64,000 nt of DNA. It comes from an uncultured Christensenella sp. (GTDB taxonomy: Bacteria > Bacillota > Clostridia > Christensenellales > UBA3700). The stretch lies in contig CASERZ010000003.1 of NCBI GenBank assembly GCA_949290515.1, forward strand, positions 2,961-66,960, read 5' to 3'. A program made the translations under genes and the position numbers. Under the pieces are notes generated by a model. The model was not told the origin of the DNA, ran no database searches, and worked only from the letters and a program-made list of their open reading frames with translations. Positions 38,624-47,500 of the stretch are shown here, piece after piece; the stretch's first letter is position 1, and every line of letters begins with the position of its first letter.

Positions 38624-41600
38624 TCAGTATTTCATAGTAACGTTTACGCTTACGCTGTAAGTAGTTCCGTTGCTTTCTACGTCATAGCTGACCGATATAG
38701 TCTTGAGCTTGCTGTTTGCCGAATCTGCAGTTACGGTAACTTTGCCCTTAGTAGCGGAAGCTATTCCGAGGAAGTTTTTGGCGTCCTTGATATCCGCTTT
38801 GAAGGTTGCGGTTCCGTTTGAATCGGTAAACGATGCGTTTTCGAAGTACTCGTTTTTGAAGTTGAATCCCGTACCCTTACCCGAGAGGGAGAAGCTGCCG
38901 TCGGGATTAAGTCCGTCTGCGAAAGTTTCTTCTCCGTCATCGTACTTATAGATAAGCGTCGAGCCGCTCTTGACTTCGATGACTACTTCTCTGTCCTTCT
39001 CGTTGCTTGCCTTGGAGTAAGAAGCAAGTTGGAAGAGAGAGTCCTGAGTAAAGGTTTTGGTTTCGCAAGCTGCAAATACTACTGCGAATACGGTAGCTAT
39101 TGCAACTGTTGCAACTATTACCTTGAAGAGATTTTTCTTGTTGGCTTTAGGCATTTTCTTCTTGTCGTCCTTTTCTCTTTTCTTAGCGGATACGGAAAGC
39201 ATTACGCCTGCAAGCGCAAGACCTGCGCCCGTAGTAAGTGCAAGAGTCAACGCACCTTTGCCTGTCATACCCGAAGCCTTGGTTGCTACGGATTGCGCTC
39301 CGCCGATAACGTCTATTGCACCGCTGAGCAAATCTTCATAAGACTGTCTGAGTGCATCAACCTTTTCGGTGTCGATAGATGCCATATCGTCTTCGCCTAC
39401 GAGTTCGAGCTGAGACAACATACTCTTGTATTCGTCGATATTGCTGAAGTCTACCTTGTCGATAGAGTCGATAGCTGCGATAACCGTCGAAGGATTGATA
39501 CCCGTGGTTACGGTAAAGGTAACTTCGTTGGACTCGAGATAGTTGTCAGTCTCGCCCGCTTTTGCGCTTACGGTGTAAGACGTGAGAGCTTTTGCATCGA
39601 ACGTGTTGGTAGTGAGATATGCACCGTCATCTACCTTGTACTGCATATTTTCAAAAGCACTGTTGAAAGTAAGTTTGTTGTAGTTGATAATCTTTTCGAT
39701 ATCGTCTGCGCTCAAAACTCTCTCAGCCTTGTTTACAACAAAGGTAAGAGTGTTGGGCTCGCCTGTGAACATCGAACCGCTGCCGTCAACGGAAACGGTA
39801 ACGTAATACGTACCTGCATTGATTATTTCGGTAATTACGTTGAGACCTTCTGCATCGGAAGTAATCTTATAAGTATAACCGGTAATGCCTTCAGCTACGT
39901 TAAATGCGATTTGACCGATAAGGTTTTCGCCCGTATAGCTCGTCTGGTCGGAAACAAGCTGAATTGAAGAGATGCTCGTGCCCGTTACGGTAAGAGTACC
40001 CTTTTGGGTAACGGTAAGGATATAGTTGTCAGCAGCCTCACCGCTGATAACGATTGTCAGGCTGTTGGGATAATCCTGTGCGCCTGCGGTGATATCTACG
40101 TCAGTCACAAGCTCGACTACGAGTTTGCCGGAATCGATATCGGACTGTACAAACGTTACGCCTGTGTTGTAAGTATAAGGGTCGCCTACGGGAGTAATAT
40201 CTGCTATACCGTATTCTCTTGTAGCGTTGTTTACGGTAATGCTGACTTCTCTTTGGGTGATTGTAAAGGTCGTGGAAGGAAGCTCTTGTCCCTCACCGAT
40301 AACGAGATTGTAGTTGGGGCTGTCAACGCCGCTGATAACTGCATCGTAAGTACCTACGTTGATTGCATTGACCTTTTCGCCGTTCTGGAAGTAATCGAAA
40401 GCTACACTTACGGTATCATCGCCTACGAGTGCGCCGTCTTCGAATACGGCTCTTACCTCGGGAGCGATAACTTCACCTGTGTATACAAAGCTGTCTTCGC
40501 CTACGATTTCGGCACTGAGGATACGGATATCCTTGGGAGTGATTTCAAACGTAGCCTTTTCCATATTGACGATATAGTTGTCATTGTAGCCCGTTACGAT
40601 TACTTCGTAAGTACCTACATTCTTTACTTCCTTATCTGCTACGGCAGTAATAACAATGCCGTCGCCTTCGTAGAATCTGTTGTCGCCTACGTACTCGAAA
40701 CCGAATACGGGAGCTTCGTCACCGTATACCATAGTCGTCTTGGACGTGGTGGTAGCAACGCTTACTTCGTAAGGAATTACAGTCATAGTACCGTTGTCGT
40801 AAACGATATCGTAGTTGGATACGTTGCCTTCGGTGGAAGTGCAGGTGATATCGTACTCGCCTACACCGCCGAACTGTCCTGCAGCAGTGGAGAGATTGAG
40901 AACAACGCCGTCTCTCTCGATGAAAGTATTTTCGGCATCGGCATAAGACCAAACGAATTCAGGGTCGAGTTCGCCGTAAACCTTTTGTGCGTCGGCAATA
41001 TTAACTCCTACTTGCTTAGGAGCGATTTCAAATGCAAAACCGCCGTCCTCGTAAATAATCTCATAGCTGGAGGTATCGAAGGAAGCAACAAGTTTAGCAG
41101 TTACGGTATAAGAGCCGGCATCAATTGCTTCGCTGACAGTCTCGCTTCCGTTTTTAACGAATGAATACTCGAGCTTTACTCTGCCTGCGTGTATGTTGAG
41201 CAAGCCGGTGTTTGTCTCGTTGTTTTGAGTTTCGTAAGTTGCTGCTACGGGTACGGCACTGCCGTTGTACTCGTAATTTGTAGGCAAACCGTCGTCAAAC
41301 GTTACGGTAACCTTACGGGGAGTTACGTTATAAGTGCAAGCTGCGCTTACTGCTTCGTTGTAATTCTTGTTTACGCCGAATGAACCGCCTACGTAGTATA
41401 CTACTGCGTATTTGCCTGCAATGGAAGGAACTCCCTGAGTATACTCGGTAACAGAGAAAGGCGTGTCCTTAAGGTCGTAATCGATATAGTACCATTCGCC
41501 CGTAGGAACTTCGTTGTTTACACCTGTTACGGTGATTGCGGGTGCAGAGTTGATTTGTCCGAATGCAATGGATTTCTCCGTTTCGGTAAGATTGAGAACT

Positions 41601-44377
41601 ACATCTGCTTTATCAATGTATACGGTATAAGTTACGTTTGCGGCAAGGTTGTAGTTGCGCGCTGCAATACCTTCGTTGAGTCCGATGTTGACTTCAAAAG
41701 AGCCTACATTGACGGTATCGCCGTTGTGAGCTACGTTTATAATGCCGTGGTCCTTGTCAAGGACGTTGCAAATTACGATATTCTCGCTAGGAAGCGCGGG
41801 CTTATCGTTGTAGATACCGTAAGTGAGCGACTGGTCGAGACCGTTGTACTGTACGGAAAGATAATAATCGGATTCCAAAGGAGTCAACGTATTGTTGAGA
41901 ATGGAAACCTCACGTTTTGCGATAGTAAAATCTACGCGTGTTGCTTCATAATCGTACGTATAGTTGGAATTGGAAAGCGATTCGAGCATTACGTAGTAAT
42001 CGCCTGCGTTTATAGCAGAGTTATTGTCGGGCAAGGAGCCGTCGGAATTGTAGTACTTAAGAGTTGCGTTGACTGTGTCGCCCGCTACGATACCCGAGCC
42101 GAAAGCCGCGGTATAAAGGACTGCTTCGCCGTCATACTGATTGTTAGCGGCAAAGTCTGCGGGAGCGTTGAGCGTAACGCTGAGATTCTTAGCTACAACG
42201 TTCTGATAAACTCTGGGCTGCCACGTAGTAGCACTGGAAGTTGTGCCCGAGCCGTCCGTAGGATAAGCGTCGTTGTCTTTTCTGTAAGCAACGTATCTGT
42301 TGGTGGTATCGAGGACGTCGATTGCGCTCTCGGGTTGATTGTTGTAAATAAAGTATTCGTATTCGCCTACATTCTTCGTATCGTCGAGAGAATAAAGGTT
42401 CATATCGTCAGTTTTCTTTGCTACCCAATACTGAGCCGCCTCGTCGGAATTGTAAGCAATCGTCTTGATAGCGCTTGCGGAAGGATTGTCTCTGTCCGCA
42501 TAGTCGTATACGTCGATATTGGGAATAATAACTCTCGAGCCGTCGTACTCTTTGTCGGAAAGTCTGTAATTCTTGCCTTCGGGAGTAGCGGTTACGTTGT
42601 CGCTGAATCTGAACTTGTAATATACGATTTTACCGAGCTGGTATTTGATTTCCGTAGGAGAAGAGTGAGTTCTTTCGATAGTCGTATAGGTAACTTCGTA
42701 TTTACCTGCCTCTTCATACTCGGTAATTTTGTCGTAGAAGTTGGTAATTTCGCCGCTGGAATTGTTGGCGGTATCGAGGTTTACTTCCATCTGCCAGAGA
42801 ATAGCGCCGGGGTTATTCTGAAGGTCTGTGTTGTAAACAGCAAGAACGTCTGCAGTCTTGAGGTTGCTGGAGAAAGTAAGATAAGCGTTGGCTGCCTTTG
42901 CAGTGCCGTTTACGTTATAATACTCACCAGTTGACTCATTGTAATCCATTATGTAGATACGTTCTACAGACATACCGCAAGTTCCCGTAGCAAAGTTGTA
43001 GCCCGTTACGCTGGAATTGGATATCTGCGACTCGTCGTACATAAAGTATACGTTGGATACGGTAGCGCTGCTGTTCTTTTGGTTGCCCGAAAGTCCGCAA
43101 ATCTGCGATGCGATGGAGTTGTTGACCTGACCTATCGGTGAGTTACTCGTATCCTTAACAAGATAAACCGCTCTGCCCGTCCAGGTATTGATAACGCCGT
43201 CGATAGAGCCTGCGCTCAAAATATCGCCGACTAAGCTCGACTGGTTGCCTGTATTTTGGGAAGGAATAGCACAGCTTCCTGCTACTATACCCGAATAGGA
43301 AAGAGGGTTATCGCCCGCGTTACTTCCGGTGTAACCCGTTACTGCGGCGATATTGCCGCTACCTGCAGTCGTGATATTATATACGGACGCGCCGTTGCCC
43401 ATCCAGCCTGCTATGCCGCCGCCCCATACTCTGACGTTAGCGGTTTTGCTGGCACTTCTTGCAGCAGTTATATTAGCAGCAGTGCCTACTTTAGAGTTGG
43501 TATGAGTAGTGCCGCTCAATGTAATCTTAGAGTTGGATACAACGCCGTTGTTGGACAAAAGTCCTACATATCCGCCAATAGCATAAGAGTGGCTTGCCAT
43601 TTCTTTGTATCTGCCGAGCCAGTCATCACTCTTTGTACCGTTTGTGGTAACATCAAAATAACCGTTTACTGTCAACGAGCAGTTATCTATCGTACCGGAA
43701 GACAAAGCCGCGATTATACCGCCTGCACCCGATTCGGCAGAGTTGTACGAACCGGCCACTTGTCCGTTATATACGAAATTAATATTTTTTATAGTGCTGC
43801 TAGAGGGGATATAACCTACCAGACCGCCGTTAAGGTCGAAATAATCGCTAGGGAATCCTGAGCCCTTGTAGGACAAATCTTGAGTAAACGTATTCTTTAA
43901 AGCGTTTGTGAAATCGGTACTGGAGCCTATTCCCATCCAAGGCTGAGTATTGAGCGAAGTCGCGGTCATATATATCTTATGTCCGCAACCGTCAAGCGTT
44001 CTGCCCTCCGCCATCATCTGACTGGTAAACGAATTGCTCCAAGAGAAGCCGGTGATATCTGTTGTCAGATAGCCATATGTTCCGTTGTTACCCTGCAAGA
44101 AGGACTGCAATTCGCCTACAGTTGAAATCGGGGTGCCCGATACACTGTAACCCTCGGGTACGTTGCCGTTTATCATCAAATCGCCTATTACGATTGCTCC
44201 TTCGTCTCCCGACGCGGCTATAGAGCCGCTGCCGCTACCGCTGCCTGCGACAGTACTGCTGTCTTCGGCAATAGCTGTAGAGACGTTGGAGGTAGCTGAG
44301 ATGATAGACGCAACTAAAAACAGAATCAATGCTAACGCTACAACTAGCATAAGACTTTGTTTTCTTGCTTTTGTCAT
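38624..44377 (-). CDS. giant cell-envelope protein 3 (1917 aa): signal/anchor, GLUG-motif region, MBG/Ig-like repeats, TM anchor, then in-frame lipoprotein-like segment and 146-aa terminal domain
   Basis: N-terminus MTKARKQSLMLVVALALILFLVASII. GLUG-like motifs GGIIAALSSG, GGYVGLLSNNG, GGIAGWMGNG. MBG (YGX-type) units such as KVYGELDPEF...GEYDI...NYDIVYDNGTMTV. C-terminal part ...LALAGVMLSVSAKKREKDDKKKMPKANKKNLFKVIVATVAIATVFAVVFAAC.... RBS AGGAGG. Confidence 0.85.
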   Translation of the reverse strand: MTKARKQSLMLVVALALILFLVASIISATSNVSTAIAEDSSTVAGSGSGSGSIAASGDEGAIVIGDLMINGNVPEGYSVSGTPISTVGELQSFLQGNNGTYGYLTTDITGFSWSNSFTSQMMAEGRTLDGCGHKIYMTATSLNTQPWMGIGSSTDFTNALKNTFTQDLSYKGSGFPSDYFDLNGGLVGYIPSSSTIKNINFVYNGQVAGSYNSAESGAGGIIAALSSGTIDNCSLTVNGYFDVTTNGTKSDDWLGRYKEMASHSYAIGGYVGLLSNNGVVSNSKITLSGTTHTNSKVGTAANITAARSASKTANVRVWGGGIAGWMGNGASVYNITTAGSGNIAAVTGYTGSNAGDNPLSYSGIVAGSCAIPSQNTGNQSSLVGDILSAGSIDGVINTWTGRAVYLVKDTSNSPIGQVNNSIASQICGLSGNQKNSSATVSNVYFMYDESQISNSSVTGYNFATGTCGMSVERIYIMDYNESTGEYYNVNGTAKAANAYLTFSSNLKTADVLAVYNTDLQNNPGAILWQMEVNLDTANNSSGEITNFYDKITEYEEAGKYEVTYTTIERTHSSPTEIKYQLGKIVYYKFRFSDNVTATPEGKNYRLSDKEYDGSRVIIPNIDVYDYADRDNPSASAIKTIAYNSDEAAQYWVAKKTDDMNLYSLDDTKNVGEYEYFIYNNQPESAIDVLDTTNRYVAYRKDNDAYPTDGSGTTSSATTWQPRVYQNVVAKNLSVTLNAPADFAANNQYDGEAVLYTAAFGSGIVAGDTVNATLKYYNSDGSLPDNNSAINAGDYYVMLESLSNSNYTYDYEATRVDFTIAKREVSILNNTLTPLESDYYLSVQYNGLDQSLTYGIYNDKPALPSENIVICNVLDKDHGIINVAHNGDTVNVGSFEVNIGLNEGIAARNYNLAANVTYTVYIDKADVVLNLTETEKSIAFGQINSAPAITVTGVNNEVPTGEWYYIDYDLKDTPFSVTEYTQGVPSIAGKYAVVYYVGGSFGVNKNYNEAVSAACTYNVTPRKVTVTFDDGLPTNYEYNGSAVPVAATYETQNNETNTGLLNIHAGRVKLEYSFVKNGSETVSEAIDAGSYTVTAKLVASFDTSSYEIIYEDGGFAFEIAPKQVGVNIADAQKVYGELDPEFVWSYADAENTFIERDGVVLNLSTAAGQFGGVGEYDITCTSTEGNVSNYDIVYDNGTMTVIPYEVSVATTTSKTTMVYGDEAPVFGFEYVGDNRFYEGDGIVITAVADKEVKNVGTYEVIVTGYNDNYIVNMEKATFEITPKDIRILSAEIVGEDSFVYTGEVIAPEVRAVFEDGALVGDDTVSVAFDYFQNGEKVNAINVGTYDAVISGVDSPNYNLVIGEGQELPSTTFTITQREVSITVNNATREYGIADITPVGDPYTYNTGVTFVQSDIDSGKLVVELVTDVDITAGAQDYPNSLTIVISGEAADNYILTVTQKGTLTVTGTSISSIQLVSDQTSYTGENLIGQIAFNVAEGITGYTYKITSDAEGLNVITEIINAGTYYVTVSVDGSGSMFTGEPNTLTFVVNKAERVLSADDIEKIINYNKLTFNSAFENMQYKVDDGAYLTTNTFDAKALTSYTVSAKAGETDNYLESNEVTFTVTTGINPSTVIAAIDSIDKVDFSNIDEYKSMLSQLELVGEDDMASIDTEKVDALRQSYEDLLSGAIDVIGGAQSVATKASGMTGKGALTLALTTGAGLALAGVMLSVSAKKREKDDKKKMPKANKKNLFKVIVATVAIATVFAVVFAACETKTFTQDSLFQLASYSKASNEKDREVVIEVKSGSTLIYKYDDGEETFADGLNPDGSFSLSGKGTGFNFKNEYFENASFTDSNGTATFKADIKDAKNFLGIASATKGKVTVTADSANSKLKTISVSYDVESNGTTYSVSVNVTMKY

Positions 44378-44529
44378 AATTACCTCCTATCATATTGACG
44401 GATTGCCCGCCATATCAATATAAGAATTTAATAAATATCGTATTATATCTTCCGTCGCACTGCGACGCTTGTTGTCGCGTATGAGTTTTCCACGGCGGGC
44501 GGACTTGCCGTCCGCCGTGAGTTTAGTTA

Positions 44530-47500
44530 TCAGACCGTACCTCTTTGTTTTCTCTTCTTAACGGTAACGATTGATGTGATGATTGCCGCTATCATTAGCG
44601 CGCCTACCACGCCGATTACAATCCAGCCTACCAGACCGATATTGCTCTCGTTGATTTGTCCCACCTTAAGTTCCCAGGTATTCTGGAGATAATGGTTGTT
44701 GTCTACCTCGATATATACGGTATATACGCCGTCGGGCAATACGCCGTTCGCGTCAGGCTTGACAAGTGTGAGATTACCGGTTTCTGCACTCTTGGTGTAG
44801 TACAAGAGGTCACCCGTCTTTTCTACGCCGTCAATCGTGTAAGTACCGTAGTACTTGCTTACCGATACTCCCGAAGGAAGCTTGTTGGGCAAAGTAATGT
44901 TTGCGCTGTCTGCGGTGAGTGCCATAGGATAAATTTCGATATAAGTCTGCAAATCGAATGCTTCGTAGTTGTTGACGAATATCGTGATATTTCCGCCGTA
45001 AACTCCCGCGTCGGTTGCGGATACGGTACCGCTGATAAGTGCGTTTACTTCCTTGCCGTGGTCCATATAGTAATAGTTTCCGTCTCTGAACTCCAGTCCG
45101 TTGAAGGTCAGGTAATGTGCCGTACCGTCATAAGTAGCCACTAGCGCGTTTGCGGTAATGTTGAGCTTAGCGTTTGTAATGCTTACGGTAGCCTCGATAT
45201 TGAGAGGCACATAGTTATCTTTGGACATTCTGAGCGTGATTCTGTAATTACCTACGTTAACGCAAGCACCCAGAGCATAGATATCTTCGAGCGAATTGTA
45301 AGCTCTGCCGTTGTAGTAATAGCTAATCGTCGAGCTGTTTCTGTATTCGTCGGGAATAACTTCGGTTACCTTGTAGACCTCTGCGTTGTATACGCCGGAT
45401 ACGCCTGCAAAGGTAACGTTCTGGAATACTGCCTTGTCGATGACCATAGTCACATCGATGGAACAGCTTGCGTAGTTTTCGGTTCCTACATACTCAACTC
45501 TGAACGAATAACTATCAACGTCCATAAACCAGCCGCCGAGTTTGTCCTCGCTCTTATCCACTTCGACGTAAGAGTTTGTTGCATCATCGTAATACTTGAT
45601 TACGATTGCGCCTTCGGTAGGCATAGAGCTATCCCACAATACTTTCTCGTCCGCCGTAGCCTTGACTTCTATCTTTCCTTTGACAACGTCGTAGGTGTGC
45701 TTCTGGTCGTCATAGTTGAAAACGACGGATTCGCCAGTGATTTCTGTCTTTGCTATGTTGACTATGATAAGTCCGAGTTCGCCTGCGTCTTTACCGTAAG
45801 TCTGACCCAAGAAGTAATCGTTTTCTCTGACTACGACTTCTACCTTGTAATAACCTCTCTGCGAAGTATTTGTAGTAGGATTGAGGTCATAGGAGCCGAC
45901 CATTTCTTTCTTTACGCTGTCGTAGTACGCGCCATCGTTGTACTTGTAGTAGTTGATGGTGATATCACCCTCTGCGAAGTACTTCTTCTGTTCTTCGGTG
46001 AGTCCGAGGTCGTAAGTATTGTTGTTTCCGGTATAGTCTACATTGACAACCTTCATCTCGATATTTACGAAGCCCTTGGTGACTGTCATTTCAAAGGTAT
46101 CCATTCCGTCAACCACATAGTTAGCGTCGCCTGTGGATATCTTGTAATTGAACTTACCGATTTTGGTAAATCCTGACATAACTTTATTGTCTTCAACGAA
46201 GGTGTAATCTACCGTAGCATTCTTCGGTTCGCCTGTTATCGCGTCTTTATACGTAGCAGTAATTGCGTGAGTAAGTCCGTCAAACTGTATCTTTGTAGGT
46301 ATGTTGGTCGAGCCGTCGTATCTGAGGTCGACGAATACGGGCAAAGCTACGATTTGAATAGAAGTATTGTTGATTGTTACGTCAATACTGTCGTTTGCAG
46401 TATGAATCTTACCTTCAACTGCATAAGTACCTACGCCTGCGCCCTTCTTTGCATTGGTGATAAGGTCGATTCTCGCTACTTCGTCAGCCGTAATGTTGGC
46501 ATCAACGTAAGTAGGAATATCGTCACCGTAGAAGTACTGAGCGTTGAGGTAATCTGCAAGATTTACGGTTACGCTGAGTTTGGTGATGGCAGCTGCAACC
46601 TTATTGATTGCCTCTGCATTATTCTGATAGTCGCCGCTGAGGTCTGCAAACCATACGTCAAACTTATAGTCGTTGTCACCCTCGAGCACCGCCCACATTC
46701 TGATATTGGTAGAGCCTATGGAAGCTCTCTCGTATTCGAGCACGAGCTTGATGGTAGAGAAGTCAGGGTTAACAACGGTTGCGTTGTAAGCGTCGGTGTT
46801 GACCATTACATAACCGCTTCTTGTCAGGTCGATTTCGAGTTCAGGACCCTTGTAAGCCTGAGTGCTGTCATATACTTTATTAAAGTAATCGGGATCGCCT
46901 GCAAGTAAATCCTTGAGCGAGTTTCCAGCCTTGTCGACAATTGCATCGAGAGAGATATCGATATAGAAGTCAGCCATCTTCATATATACGCAGAATTGAC
47001 CGACAAGTCCGTCTGCAGTACCGTTGGCATATACGTCTTCGTAAAGTCCCTCGTTGTTGACCATCTTTACTCTGAAGTCGGCGGGAGAATAGGTGTTGTA
47101 ATCGCCTATGTTCCAGTCAACCTTGTTGATGAAGTCGCCGTTTACTACCTCGCCCATCTCTTTCCATACGGGGTTGCCGTCTCCGTCAACGCTGTCGCTG
47201 ACATACAAAGTCCAACCGGAATTACCTACTTCTGCTCTGTTCATCAAATTGAAACCGTCCTGGTCGTAAGTGCCGTAATAGAGTGAATATCCGCTTACGC
47301 TTACGTCGAGACTTCCCGCATTGAGGTCAACGAGAGCCTTCATTTCAAACGTAGTTGAGTTGCCGACTACGTCGGTATAGGTAAGGGAATGAGCCTTGTC
47401 ATCGGTCAACGTCAAAGTAACGTTGTACATATTTTTCTCGTCAACGATTTCGTTGGAGATATACGTATTGTTGTCGGAAGCAACTGTCTGCAAACCGCTC

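Noticed and set aside
44378-44529. Intrinsic terminator between giant genes 2 and 3.
   Set aside because: The GC-rich hairpins (44497-44515; 44455-44470) lack a following U-tract on the coding (minus) strand. I treat them as a possible processing or stability structure inside one operon, not a terminator.
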